DNA of 64,000 nt from an uncultured cyanobacterium (GTDB lineage Bacteria; Cyanobacteriota; Cyanobacteriia; Cyanobacteriales; Cyanobacteriaceae). The first letter of the stretch is position 1; every line of letters begins with the position of its first letter. The stretch lies in contig CAVQBA010000004.1 in the NCBI GenBank assembly GCA_963710605.1, forward strand, positions 576,001 to 640,000, read 5' to 3'. Positions 11,053 through 21,823 of this stretch are shown piece by piece. The translations under genes were made by a program, and so were the position numbers. The notes below the pieces were generated by a model. The model worked only from the letters and a program-made list of their open reading frames with translations, ran no database searches and was not told the DNA's origin.

Positions 11053-11454
11053 CTAACTTTCTTTTTCTTCTAGTTTCAAAGCCACAGAATTCATACAATA
11101 ACGTTTTCCTGTAGGTTTGGGGCCATCTTCAAAAACATGACCTAAGTGAGCGTCACAAGCTCCGCAAAGTACTTCTGTTCTTTTCATGAATAAACTGTTA
11201 TCACTTTTATAAGCTACGCTATCTTCATTTAAAGGATTCCAGAAACTTGGCCAACCTGTACCTGAGTCGAATTTAGTCTCAGAAGAAAATAGTTCGTTAC
11301 CGCAACAAACACATTTATATACACCTTCTTTTTTAGAATCGTGATATTCTCCTGTAAAGGCTCTTTCTGTGCCGTGTTTACGAGCGACTTTAAATTGCTC
11401 TGGTGTTAATATTTCTTTCCATTCGGCTTCTGTTTTTTGAACTTTGGTTACCAT
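11053..11454 (-). CDS. msrB: Peptide methionine (R)-sulfoxide reductase
   Basis: GTERAF, SGTGWPSF, HLGHVF, RYCMNS. Confidence 0.97.
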   Translation of the reverse strand: MVTKVQKTEAEWKEILTPEQFKVARKHGTERAFTGEYHDSKKEGVYKCVCCGNELFSSETKFDSGTGWPSFWNPLNEDSVAYKSDNSLFMKRTEVLCGACDAHLGHVFEDGPKPTGKRYCMNSVALKLEEKES

Positions 11455-11681
11455 AATTTGATTAAAAAAGCTATCAATATTTATTAAAATTACATCTATA
11501 TTTTAGCATTTGCTTCTTAATTGATTCAGTGTGTAAAACACTACATTTTAGTTAAGAGTTAAGAGTTAAGAGTTAAAAAAAATTATGAAGAATACGTGTT
11601 AATCAATAATCGAATATATTTATTACTAATTAGCTATTGTAATGTTATCTATATATTCTTTTTGTTCACTATTTTTAGTGT

Positions 11682-12140
11682 TTATAAAAATCGAGTCAAA
11701 TCAAATTCGGTGGGGTTGTTGGTTTCAGGTTGCATTTCTTGGCTAAGAATGAGTAGTATTCTTTCGTGGTAATCGATCGCACCTTGTAGTTTTTCTTCTA
11801 AAACTTTTAAACCACCATTAGCATATTCTTCAAAGATAGTGATTATTTGTTGTTCACGATCGATATTTTGAGGCGATATAGTTTTCGGGTTATCAGTTTC
11901 AATTAAAGCCAACAATTGTAAAAAAGGTTCGTAACCACGAGAATGAAAGACTTCGATGCTAATAGGATCAGGTTTTTTCGATATTATTTCTAAAGGGCTT
12001 TTTTGCTGATATTTATATCCCAAACTAGCAGTAAACACCAAAATATCAGCATAAGTGGTAAAAACACCATCAGAATTATCAGAAGTACAAAGTAAGCTTT
12101 GGATTAAGTCAGTTTTGTCTTGAGCAATCCTAATTCTCAT
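11682..12140 (-). CDS. DNA phosphorothioation (dnd)-associated protein 4-like
   Basis: RIRIAQDK...TYADILVF...FEEYANGGL motifs; ATG at 12140 overlaps the Tab2 stop (ATGA). Confidence 0.7.
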   Translation of the reverse strand: MRIRIAQDKTDLIQSLLCTSDNSDGVFTTYADILVFTASLGYKYQQKSPLEIISKKPDPISIEVFHSRGYEPFLQLLALIETDNPKTISPQNIDREQQIITIFEEYANGGLKVLEEKLQGAIDYHERILLILSQEMQPETNNPTEFDLTRFL

Positions 12141-13012
12141 ACGGTTTGATCCATTAACAGCCAAAAAGCGGCAAAAGATTCTGATTCAGGAGAAGATTGT
12201 ATTGCTAAAAAATGAACTCCTTGAGCATTTTGTTTTGTTTGCTCAAATCCTTCTCCTTCTTTAACAGTATTAGCATCGGTTAAATTAGCTAATACCCAAC
12301 TATCACTCACACCGGTTTCCAAACAAATGAGGGGAAATTCGTTTTTTTCTAACCTTAGATAACCTAACTCTAAACCAGACATCCAACCAGCTAAGGGTAA
12401 AGCACGACTAGAAAAAATAATTAAACCTGAAATTTTAGTCTCTGGTTTAATATCGGCTATTTCTAAGGGAAAAGCATCGCCAAAACTAATATCCCATTCG
12501 TTCATTTCTAATAAGTCAGCCGCAGTCAGACTAACTAATGCCCATCGATCTTTTTTATCTCCTTTGAGGGCATCAGGAAGTCTAATCGGATTAGTTTGCG
12601 GATATTTAATTGAAGCTGAGGGTTTGGCTGTTTCGTCGTATCCTTCTAATTCAGGATAAACAGATTGAATTCTTTCAATCAGCCATTTGTTTAACAGATA
12701 AGTATGACGAGAAGGAAAAACTGGTATTCCTAAATCTTCACAACCTTTGACTATCATATTGTTCATTTGACGACGGAAAAAACGAACTTTAGTCGGAGTA
12801 TCTCCTGATAATTCGATCGCATTGGTAATAGCATCTTTTAAAGTTAAGGAATTAACTTCTCCATTCAAACAAAATTGAGAATAACGAAACAAAGAATTTA
12901 TATCTGTATTAATATTATCGGGGCTTTCACAAATTAAAACTTCCCATTTCTTTTTTTTGTTTTCGTCTAAGATAGGACGAGAATAAAAATCTAATTCCCA
13001 AGTTTTTCCCAT
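12137..13012 (-). CDS. Tab2/Atab2 family RNA-binding protein
   Basis: WELDFYSRPILDE...WE, HFLAIQ...FAAFWLL. Confidence 0.9.
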   Translation of the reverse strand: MGKTWELDFYSRPILDENKKKKWEVLICESPDNINTDINSLFRYSQFCLNGEVNSLTLKDAITNAIELSGDTPTKVRFFRRQMNNMIVKGCEDLGIPVFPSRHTYLLNKWLIERIQSVYPELEGYDETAKPSASIKYPQTNPIRLPDALKGDKKDRWALVSLTAADLLEMNEWDISFGDAFPLEIADIKPETKISGLIIFSSRALPLAGWMSGLELGYLRLEKNEFPLICLETGVSDSWVLANLTDANTVKEGEGFEQTKQNAQGVHFLAIQSSPESESFAAFWLLMDQTV

Positions 13013-13245
13013 GATATTCCTATTCTGTGGCTTTTTTTTAAAGACTTTGATTGATTGTTTTTACTTTAGTAATCATATCATCGTCAGACAAATATCTTGA
13101 CTTAAAAAGTTGTAGTCAAGACTTTAGTCTTTATATATTTATTAATTTGTTACACCAATTTGCAAACTAGCCTTGCAATAAATTACAAGGCTAATATCCT
13201 GTTCGTTTAATAAATTAAACTTAGAATATTGTAGATAGTCGAGTT

Positions 13246-13526
13246 GTAGGGTGGGTTAGGCATTTATTCATTAGCAACTTCAACAAATTCATTAATAACG
13301 AGTGCTTTAACTCATCATCTAATAAGCTCGATCGTTACTCTCGTAGGTTGGGTTAAGCCGTTAAAAACTTGACATCTAAACGACACATAATGAAGATAGC
13401 GAAACCCAACAACTAAAAGCTTTGTTTAAATCTTATTCTGATCATAAACAAATAAAATTATCACCAACAAATACCAATGATTCGATTATTTATTGATATT
13501 TGGTTTAATTTTTTAACTCAACCTAC
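13246..13526. repeat. Cluster of GTAG REP-like sequences downstream of RAYT
   Basis: GTAGGGTGGGTTAG (13246), GTAGGTTGGGTTAAG (13343)...GCGAAACCCAACA (13399), TTAACTCAACCTAC (13513). Confidence 0.75.
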
Positions 13527-13589
13527 TTTTGATTAATTTTTTTAATTTTAATATTGCTATTGAGTAAGATGTTGACAAGCTCGATCGTC

Positions 13590-14132
13590 CTATTCCCCAC
13601 CAATTTCATCTTTGAAAATAATCTCCTCATTTGCACCCCACATCAAATCATAATCTTGATTTTGGACATAACGATGAAAACTAGAATACTGCCAATCTTT
13701 CGGTGCTTTTACTAATTGATGATGGACGGGATTATAATGAATATATTCTACATGATTAATAAAATCTCGATCGTCTCTAATTTGATGCTCCCAAAAACGA
13801 CGTTGCCAAATAGCTTTTTCTCCCTTTTTCTTTCGAGATAAGGTCATTTTTCCTTGGTAATCAACCTGACATTTACGACTAAAATAACTTTTAATTAATC
13901 GCCAACGAGTAGAAAAATCGGCATCATTTTCGGGTAATGTCCAAAGACAATGAAGATGTTCGGGTAAAATAACGATCGCATCAATTTTAAACCGATGTTG
14001 TTTCATTACATACCTAAACGCTTCTCTCAACAAATCAATATTTTCTGATGTAGTTAAAATTGGACAACGACGGTGAGTAACAAGAGTAAAAAAATAGGTT
14101 GCTCCTGCTATTTTTGCTCGACGATATTGCAT
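13590..14132 (-). mobile_element. REP-associated tyrosine transposase (RAYT, HUH Y1)
   Basis: YFFTLVT, LPEHLH (HUH), WQRRFWEH, YIHYNP; flanked by GTAG REPs. Confidence 0.92.
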
Positions 14133-14146
14133 ATTATCATTATTAA

Positions 14147-14176
14147 TGTTGGGTTTCGTTCCTCAACCCAACCTAC
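14147..14176 (-). repeat. REP GTAGGTTGGGTTGAGGAACGAAACCCAACA upstream of RAYT
   Basis: GTAG tetranucleotide followed by an imperfect hairpin, 14 nt before the RAYT start. Confidence 0.85.
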
Positions 14177-14178
14177 TT

Positions 14179-15513
14179 TTAATTAATTGTTTTAACTTTT
14201 ATATTACTACTGGGTACGATCGTAATTCCTCTTCTAACAGGTTTAACTGTCTGCGGTGTCAATTCCAAATCGCAAAAACTAAACATCGTTTGCAAGATTA
14301 AACGCATTTCAAACAAAGAAAACGCCATGCCAATACAGCCTCGATGCCCGCCACCAAAAGGGAAAAACTCATAAGGAGAAAACTTACGCTCTAAAAATCT
14401 TTCGGGGCGAAATTCTAACGGTTGAGGATAAACTTCGGGGTTACGATGTGCTAAATAGATCGAAGGAATAACTACTGTCTGCGGTGGTAATAAATACTCT
14501 CCTAATTGATATTCATCGATCGTAATTCGAGGTTGAGAAATTAAAGCGATGGGATATAGTCTCAGGGTTTCGTTACAAACTGCTTCAAGATAATCGTTTT
14601 TATTAATTATTTGTAGATTAGATTGAGTCGATAACTCTTGCTGGAGTTTTTGCTTAACTTCAGGTTGAGACAAAACCCAATAGATAGCCCATGCTAAGGA
14701 AGAAGCCGTAGTTTCGTGTCCTAATAATAACAGGGTAATTAATTGATCTCGCAATTCTTGGTTCGTTAAACCTTGACCCTTCTCATCAGTGGCAGTTAGC
14801 AGTAAACTTAAAATATCAGTACGATCGCTAAAATTTTGACAATGACGACGCTCTTCAATCTCGGCATAAATAAGATCATCAATTTTTTTTTGTCGGCGAA
14901 TAAAACGCCCCCACGGACTCCATTTACCTAAATCTTGTTGTAAAAATTCAAAGAAAAAACACGTCGAGTAAAGCGGTTGCGTAATTTCTTCGAGCAGTTC
15001 ACCAATCAAATGTTGTAGGGCTTGATAACGTTCTCCTTCCTTGATACCAAAGACAACTTGTAAAATAATTTCTAAGGTTATATCGGCTAAATATGGGCGT
15101 AGAGAGAATTCTTCTTTATTTGGAAATCTAGCTAAATTTTTTCTTGTAATCTCAATAATTTCTTCTGTATAGGTTTTCATGCGATCGCCATGAAGAGGAG
15201 GCATCATTAATTTACGTTGCCTTAAATGCTCTTTACCATCAAGCATAATCAACGATCGATTTCCTGTTAGAGGGCGAAAAACATGGGTTACTTTACCTAA
15301 AGCAAAGGTATTTAAAGGGGCTGTAAAAATTTCTTCGACTTTACTAGGTTCGCCAATAAAGACTACTTTGGGATTATTTGAGCCTAATACACCTGCGGTA
15401 AAAACATTACCTTGAGTAGCTAAATGATGATCGAAAAAAGCGATCGGATTACGAACTAAATTAAAAATTTGGACTAGATTAGGAGTGGTTAAAGCGGGAG
15501 GAAAAGTAAACAT
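14179..15513 (-). CDS. Cytochrome P450
   Basis: GHETT, ETLR, PERF, FGGGHRGCIG heme motif. Confidence 0.95.
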   Translation of the reverse strand: MFTFPPALTTPNLVQIFNLVRNPIAFFDHHLATQGNVFTAGVLGSNNPKVVFIGEPSKVEEIFTAPLNTFALGKVTHVFRPLTGNRSLIMLDGKEHLRQRKLMMPPLHGDRMKTYTEEIIEITRKNLARFPNKEEFSLRPYLADITLEIILQVVFGIKEGERYQALQHLIGELLEEITQPLYSTCFFFEFLQQDLGKWSPWGRFIRRQKKIDDLIYAEIEERRHCQNFSDRTDILSLLLTATDEKGQGLTNQELRDQLITLLLLGHETTASSLAWAIYWVLSQPEVKQKLQQELSTQSNLQIINKNDYLEAVCNETLRLYPIALISQPRITIDEYQLGEYLLPPQTVVIPSIYLAHRNPEVYPQPLEFRPERFLERKFSPYEFFPFGGGHRGCIGMAFSLFEMRLILQTMFSFCDLELTPQTVKPVRRGITIVPSSNIKVKTIN

Positions 15514-15858
15514 AATGAAGAATGAAGAATGGAGAATGGAGAATTAAAAACAAGTCAAAAGGGCACTCGTGCAAAGATAATAGTTGCTCATTTGCTTGTA
15601 GTACCATCAAACATAATTACGCCAATCAATGGACGATCCCCCCCATCCCCCCTTCGGTAAGGGGGGAGATTCGGGGTTTAAAACCCGTAATTTTTTGATA
15701 ATAAAAGTAGTACAAGCCTTGCACCCTCTACTTATGGGCAATATCTCGATCGTTTTCTTACTTAACTAAATAAACATAATTAATATTAGTTTGATTTTTC
15801 ACAGCTACATTTACATTTAGCAAGTCCCCCTTCCAAAGGGGGATTTAGGGGGATTTAT

Positions 15859-17343
15859 CTAATTTTTTAGTTTTTGATTAAGAATTTTATTTGCCAATTT
15901 AGGATCAGCTTTACCACCAGTTACCTTCATAATTTGACCAACAAAAAAGCCTTGTAATTTGTTCTTTCCTGCTCGATATTGTTCTAACTTCTCAGGATTA
16001 TCGGCTAATACTTTATCAATTATTGCACCTAACTCATCAGGATCAGAAATAGCCATTAAGCCTCTGCTTTCAACTATTTTCTTAGGTGAGCCACCTTTTT
16101 CTAACAACTCAGGCAAGATTTCCTTGGCTATTTTGCCGCTAATTGTGCCTTTTTCGATCAAACTAATCAATTCGGCTAACATCTCAGGTTTAAGGGCAAT
16201 TTGAGTAATATCTAAATCCAACTTGCTGTTCAAATATGCCGCTATATCTTGAGTAATCCAGTTAGCGGCATTTTTAGCGGTAACGCCACCTGCAACTACT
16301 GTTTCAAAATAATTAGCTACATCTCGATCGTCTGTAAGTACAGTAGCATCATAAGCAGACAAACCAAATTCTTCTACATAACGAGTTAGTTTTTGGGCTG
16401 GTAATTCAGGTAAGGTTTTGCCAATATCTTCTAATTGAGCGTCACTAACTACCAAAGGAGGTAAATCAGGTTCAGGAAAATAACGATAATCGCTTGAACC
16501 TTCTTTGATTCTCATACTAAATGTTTGTTGACTACTTTCATCCCACAAACGTGTTTCTTGAAGGATTTCTTCATCATTACCGATCGCTTCTATTTGTCTT
16601 TCTATTTCATATTCGATCGCTTTTTGGATGGCACTAAAAGAGTTCATATTTTTGATCTCAACTTTCACGCCAAATTCTTCTCTACCTTCAGGGCGTACGG
16701 AAATATTGACATCACAACGAAGCGAACCTTCTTGCATATTGCCATCACCAATACCCAAATAACGCACGATTCGACGTAATTGTTGGGCATATTCGGCGGC
16801 TTCTTTACCACTACGTAAATCTGGTTCAGAGACGATTTCTAGTAACGGTACACCTGTACGATTAAAGTCAACTAAAGAATGGGTTGAACCTGCAAGACGA
16901 TCGCTTCCTGCATGGACTAGTTTACCTGCATCTTCTTCCATGTGTAAACGAGTCACACCGATCGTTTTTTTGACTATTTCTTTGGTGTTATCGTCAATAA
17001 ATTCAATGTCTAATTTACCGTGTTCGACGATAGGTAAATCAAATTGAGAAATTTGGTAATTTTTAGGTAAGTCAGCGTAAAAATATTGTTTACGATCGAA
17101 TTTACTATAGCGAGTAATTTGCCCATCTAAAGCCAAACCCATTTTGATTGCCGAATTTAATACTTCTTCGTTTAAAACAGGTAAAACACCGGGATGTCCC
17201 AAGCAAACAGGACAAATGTTAGTATTAGGAGGGCTATCAAATTTAGTGGAACAATTACAAAAAATTTTGGTATTGGTGTTAAGTTGACAATGAGTTTCTA
17301 AACCAATAACTGCTTCGTATTTGGTTTGAGTCGCTGTGGTCAT
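15859..17343 (-). CDS. gatB: Asp/Glu-tRNA amidotransferase subunit B
   Basis: [34 protein letters not shown]. Confidence 0.98.
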   Translation of the reverse strand: MTTATQTKYEAVIGLETHCQLNTNTKIFCNCSTKFDSPPNTNICPVCLGHPGVLPVLNEEVLNSAIKMGLALDGQITRYSKFDRKQYFYADLPKNYQISQFDLPIVEHGKLDIEFIDDNTKEIVKKTIGVTRLHMEEDAGKLVHAGSDRLAGSTHSLVDFNRTGVPLLEIVSEPDLRSGKEAAEYAQQLRRIVRYLGIGDGNMQEGSLRCDVNISVRPEGREEFGVKVEIKNMNSFSAIQKAIEYEIERQIEAIGNDEEILQETRLWDESSQQTFSMRIKEGSSDYRYFPEPDLPPLVVSDAQLEDIGKTLPELPAQKLTRYVEEFGLSAYDATVLTDDRDVANYFETVVAGGVTAKNAANWITQDIAAYLNSKLDLDITQIALKPEMLAELISLIEKGTISGKIAKEILPELLEKGGSPKKIVESRGLMAISDPDELGAIIDKVLADNPEKLEQYRAGKNKLQGFFVGQIMKVTGGKADPKLANKILNQKLKN

Positions 17344-17487
17344 ATATTCTCTTAATTGCTAATAAAGTAAATTCTAACGATCGACGTATTCTTAAATATT
17401 ATTGTAACTTGAATTATCGATCGTGGGCTTATTTTAAATCTACACCTTATATCAAGTTAGGTTTTTGATACATGCAGAAGTCATTCT

Positions 17488-17865
17488 TTAAATATTTCTT
17501 ACTGGTTCGATCGTTACATTTCCTCCTGCAAAAACTTGCATTGTAAGTTGATAACCTTCCATTAATGACATCCCTACAAGAGGCTCTGAATCAGCTTTAT
17601 CAATTGGAATTTTAAGGTAACTTCCATTCCAAATAATAACAGCTTCGTAAACATTGAAAATACACTCGCTACCATCTCCCAAAATAGCTCGTCCTCGTCT
17701 TTTCCATCTCAAATTTAACTTAGTGATTAAATCTAGAGGCAATGAAAGCCAACCGTTAAAACCAGTATCTATAATTGCATCTTGTGTGTAAGTAGTTCCA
17801 TTTGAGCTATAAAGTGATAAAGTAATAATAGCCTCAAAATCCGTATTTACAGTTCCAGTAATCAT
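17488..17865 (-). CDS. Clan AA (retropepsin-like) aspartic protease
   Basis: AIIDTGF and PLVGM motifs; ATG at 17865 shares a base with the upstream stop. Confidence 0.8.
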   Translation of the reverse strand: MITGTVNTDFEAIITLSLYSSNGTTYTQDAIIDTGFNGWLSLPLDLITKLNLRWKRRGRAILGDGSECIFNVYEAVIIWNGSYLKIPIDKADSEPLVGMSLMEGYQLTMQVFAGGNVTIEPVRNI

Positions 17866-18134
17866 TAGGTTTTTTTTGTTCGTCCAGCAAACCGACGTAC
17901 ATGACGAGAGCCGATACGAACCATCCAAATTTGTGCATCGGGATGACGAGCTTCAAGGCGATCGCAAGCAGTAATTTCATTTCGATCTATTTCAAAATCT
18001 CCTGTTTTAAGATCGATTGCAACAATATTACCATCATTTCCTGCCTCAATTTGAGGTTTAATCTGAGTTTCGTAGATATAATCACCCCGCCTTGCATATT
18101 CTTCTTTAGTATATTGAGGTTGTCGAACTGTCAT
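17865..18134 (-). CDS. Small hypothetical protein coupled to the aspartic protease
   Basis: MTVRQPQY...IVAIDLKTGDF...IWMVRIG; 1-nt overlap with the protease start. Confidence 0.7.
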   Translation of the reverse strand: MTVRQPQYTKEEYARRGDYIYETQIKPQIEAGNDGNIVAIDLKTGDFEIDRNEITACDRLEARHPDAQIWMVRIGSRHVRRFAGRTKKT

Positions 18135-18403
18135 GAGAATAACTCTGTTTAATATTGATATTTCTATTTTAATAATTATTAGCGATCGATTTAATTGCTT
18201 CCCAATCAAAAATTCTGACTACAAATACTATCAATATTTTACTTTAACTTGAATTCTCGATCGAATATTCTACATTTTGTTTTAGTTGTATCGAATAGCA
18301 CTATCTGTTTTGTAGTAATGGCTTTAGCCGTTAACAGTTATATTAGGATGAGAAACTTTTACATAGTTGACTACAAACTTACTTTTATGCAAGGCGAGAA
18401 AAT

Positions 18404-19276
18404 TTATTCCCCTGCACTCATCTTTTTTAAATTAATTTTATTAGCGATCGATTCTAAACCTAAAAATAATGATTTAGTCGCCTCCGAATCTGGTTTGTAA
18501 TTAGCAGGTACTAAATTAGTCAATCTTTGGCTACGAGTAATTCTTTCTTGGTGAACCCATTCACTCCCTGTTTTATCATCAGCATAAACTCCTAAAGAGA
18601 TACCACCATATTCATTAATTGCACTATAACAAGATAAATCCGACGATCCATCACCAATATAAATAATTTGATCTAAAGGTATGTATAAATCATTTGTAGG
18701 TATGTCTCGATAATTATAAATCAAATCTTTATCGTTTTCTTCGTCAACTCCTTTAGAAATTGTATATAAATAACGGACTTTTTCAGTATGAGTCATTTGT
18801 CGTTTCATACACTCAATCTCGCCTTTTTCGTTATAGTGTATTTCGCAACCCCATATTTCTTTAAAATATTTAGCAACGCTTGTACCACGAGCAATATCGA
18901 CAAAACCGCCTGAGATTAAATAAAATTCAAGGTCAATTTCGCTATTTATTTCTTGTATTTTGGCAATTAAACGATCGAATAGCGTCTCTATTCCTGGACA
19001 CAATGGAATTGTTTTACCTAAATCGGTAATTTTATCTTTGGTAATTTTATTATTTGTTCGTTTTGCTGATTCTTTACCTAAATAATAAGCTCGTGCCAAA
19101 TAATGTTCCCAATCTTCTTCTTCTATTACTGGTTTAATTACACCATCAATAAATTCAGATTTATCTATATCGCAGTGTTTGAGTAAGGCATAGAAGCTAT
19201 CGACGGGAATAACAGTTCGATCGAAATCAAAAACAATGGCAATACGATTAAAAACTGGTTGAGTAACCTGATTCAT
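18404..19276 (-). CDS. HAD-like hydrolase
   Basis: VFDFDRT, ISGG, YIGDGSSD. Confidence 0.8.
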   Translation of the reverse strand: MNQVTQPVFNRIAIVFDFDRTVIPVDSFYALLKHCDIDKSEFIDGVIKPVIEEEDWEHYLARAYYLGKESAKRTNNKITKDKITDLGKTIPLCPGIETLFDRLIAKIQEINSEIDLEFYLISGGFVDIARGTSVAKYFKEIWGCEIHYNEKGEIECMKRQMTHTEKVRYLYTISKGVDEENDKDLIYNYRDIPTNDLYIPLDQIIYIGDGSSDLSCYSAINEYGGISLGVYADDKTGSEWVHQERITRSQRLTNLVPANYKPDSEATKSLFLGLESIANKINLKKMSAGE

Positions 19277-19328
19277 TAGATTTTAATAAATAATAGTGTA
19301 GTAGTTTCAAATAAAAACCAATCATGAT

Positions 19329-19357
19329 GTAGGGACGTTGCAGTGCAACGTCCCTAC
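19329..19357. repeat. GTAG REP palindrome GTAGGGACGTTGCAGTGCAACGTCCCTAC
   Basis: Perfect arms; compensatory base-pair change versus 4445..4473. Confidence 0.85.
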
Positions 19358-19769
19358 CAAGTATTTTACTTTGTTGGGAAATTAATTGAAATGACTATAA
19401 ATAAAATAGAAAACTTTAATTTACTTATCGTTTTGTAGAAGTAGTTCACTGACAAACAAAATAACGACATAAATAAAGGTTAATTATAATTAAGTAATAA
19501 AACAATAATTTTTTTTTTACCGTTCAAAATAATCGCTATTCAATTATTATTAGCTATCTTCATCATTTATAGTCTCTTATTGTAAGGGTTAAAGTAGATT
19601 TTTAAGTTACTCGATCGTCTTTGAAGTAGTAATTTTGATTCTAATTATAAATTTATGATTGTTGATAAAACAGCAACAATGTGTCTTGAAAATTAAGTAT
19701 TGTTAAACTTATAAATCCTGATTAAGATAAAGCTAGATTATCTAGATATTAAACAATTAAAAAATTAAA

Positions 19770-20009
19770 ATGGCAGAACCAGTAATTGCAGATAAAAAAT
19801 CCGTAGTGATGGAATTAGAACCAGGTACATATTCTTGGTGTAGTTGCGGAAAATCCGAAAATCAGCCATTTTGTGATGGCTCTCACAAAGGTAGTGAATT
19901 CAAATCTCTCAAATTCACGATCGAAGAAAAAAAGAAAGTATCACTTTGTTTATGCAAACATACAGGTAATCCTCCTTACTGTGACGGTAGCCATCGTAAT
20001 TTAGACTAG
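19770..20009 (+). CDS. CDGSH iron-sulfur domain protein
   Basis: Two CxCxxS/TxxxP(F/Y)CDGSH motifs. Confidence 0.95.
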   Translation: MAEPVIADKKSVVMELEPGTYSWCSCGKSENQPFCDGSHKGSEFKSLKFTIEEKKKVSLCLCKHTGNPPYCDGSHRNLD

Positions 20010-20070
20010 TTAGCAATTTGGATCGACAAGACAAACTGTAACAAAACTTAAACATAATTAATCAGACTCC

Positions 20071-20113
20071 GTATCGTTTGATACAGTTATTTTGAAAAGA
20101 TTTTTGTTAATTT
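20071..20113 (+). promoter_or_regulatory. Putative NtcA-activated promoter
   Basis: GTA-TCGTTTGA-TAC (GTA-N8-TAC, 20071..20084) then TAATTT (-10) after a 23-nt spacer. Confidence 0.7.
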
Positions 20114-20121
20114 GAGTCTAA

Positions 20122-20255
20122 AGTTTCTAGGGTTCCGACATATTTGCTATTAATTAGATAAATAAGTGACTGGTCCAAGAGAAACAAGCTACTAACTCAG
20201 GTTAAAAAATCAAGAAAATAATGGTAGCTACACGGAGGGAAAAAAGCCCGGGAGA
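20122..20255 (+). ncRNA. Guanidine-I (ykkC-yxkD) riboswitch
   Basis: CTAGGGTTCCG...CTGGTCCAAGAG...CACGGAGGGAAAAAAGCCCGGGAG consensus blocks; the 3' end can pair with ACTCTTCTGGGTTTT (terminator) before the ureohydrolase gene. Confidence 0.9.
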
Positions 20256-20350
20256 GTAGGTGCAACGAATGGTGCATCGAGACGTTACTCTTCTGGGTTT
20301 TGTCATTGATGTACCAGCAAATAATCAACAATTTTTTTGGTAATAAATTT

Positions 20351-21514
20351 ATGAGTAATCAACCCAACGATCGAAGCGAAGCTAACGAAGCATTAGAAAA
20401 AGAAACTCACCTTCCCCTCACAGGATGGCAACAAGAAGTAGATCAAGGTTTGGACTATGGATTAGAAGCCGCCGATAGTATCAAAGATCGGACTATCTCC
20501 ACTTTTTCTCGTGGTGAATTACCTCACTATGCAGGGATTAATACTTTTCTCAAAGCACCTTATATAGAAGATGTAAAGAAAGTAGGTGAATATGATGTAG
20601 CGATCGTTGGTGTACCCCACGATTCTGGTACTACCTACCGTCCTGGGACTCGTTTTGGTCCTCAAGGGATTCGCAAAATTAGTGCTTTATATACACCCTA
20701 TAACTTTGAATTTGGAGTAGATTTAAGAGAACAAATTACTCTATGTGATGTAGGAGACATCTTTACAATTCCTGCTAATAACGAAAAATCTTTCGATCAA
20801 ATTTCTAAAGGTATATCGCATATTTTCAAGTCTGGTGCTTTACCAATTATTTTAGGAGGAGATCATTCGATCGGTTTTCCCACAGTTAGAGGGATTTGTC
20901 GTCATTTAGGAGATAAAAAAATTGGCATCATTCATTTCGATCGTCATGTAGATACCCAAGAAACTGATTTAGACGAAAGAATGCACACTTGTCCTTGGTT
21001 TCATGCCACAAATATGGCAAATGCACCAGCGGAAAACCTCGTTCAACTAGGTATTGGTGGTTGGCAAGTACCTCGCCCAGGTGTTAAAGTGTGTCGAGAA
21101 AGAGCGACTAATATCCTTACCGTAACCGATATTACCGAAATGGGTTTGGATGCCGCCGCTGATTTTGCGATCGCTAAAGCCACTGATGGTACAGATTGTG
21201 TTTGGATTAGTTTTGATATAGATTGTATCGATGCGGGTTTTGTACCAGGTACGGGTTGGCCAGAGCCAGGTGGTTTAATGCCTCGTGAAGCTCTTTATCT
21301 CTTGAAAAAAATTATTCAAAATACTACTGTTGCGGGTATTGAAGTAGTTGAAGTTTCTCCTCCTTACGATGTCAGCGATATGACAGCATTAATGGCAACT
21401 CGTGTTATTTGTGATGCGATGGCTCATTTAGTGATTTCTGGGCAACTACCTCGTACTGAAAAACCCGACTATATTCACGAGGAAGAACAAGTAGTTGACG
21501 AACCTTGGAGTTAA
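20351..21514 (+). CDS. gdmH: Ni-dependent guanidine hydrolase (ureohydrolase family, Sll1077-like)
   Basis: GGDHS, HFDRHVD, FDIDCID, GTGWPEPGG; long N-terminal extension; guanidine riboswitch upstream and HypA/HypB-like genes downstream. Confidence 0.88.
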   Translation: MSNQPNDRSEANEALEKETHLPLTGWQQEVDQGLDYGLEAADSIKDRTISTFSRGELPHYAGINTFLKAPYIEDVKKVGEYDVAIVGVPHDSGTTYRPGTRFGPQGIRKISALYTPYNFEFGVDLREQITLCDVGDIFTIPANNEKSFDQISKGISHIFKSGALPIILGGDHSIGFPTVRGICRHLGDKKIGIIHFDRHVDTQETDLDERMHTCPWFHATNMANAPAENLVQLGIGGWQVPRPGVKVCRERATNILTVTDITEMGLDAAADFAIAKATDGTDCVWISFDIDCIDAGFVPGTGWPEPGGLMPREALYLLKKIIQNTTVAGIEVVEVSPPYDVSDMTALMATRVICDAMAHLVISGQLPRTEKPDYIHEEEQVVDEPWS

Positions 21515-21823
21515 AAAAGTTAACAGTTAAAAGTTAAGAGTTAAAAGTTATTGCTCTCTCAATGGGTAAAACAATGGTTATTAATTACTTATTATTAATA
21601 TAGCAATTACTAGTATTATGACGTACATATCGATCCCCCTAAATCCCTAACCAACAAAAGCGAAGCATCCTTATTCCTCCCCCTTACGAAGGGGGATAAG
21701 AGGGGGATAGGGGACTTACAAATATAAACCGTACCTCATAAATGTGAGAAACGCTATATCCTTAATTCTCCCCGAATAATTGCAAAGCAAGAATTCATCT
21801 CTATTCTCCATTCTCAATTAACT

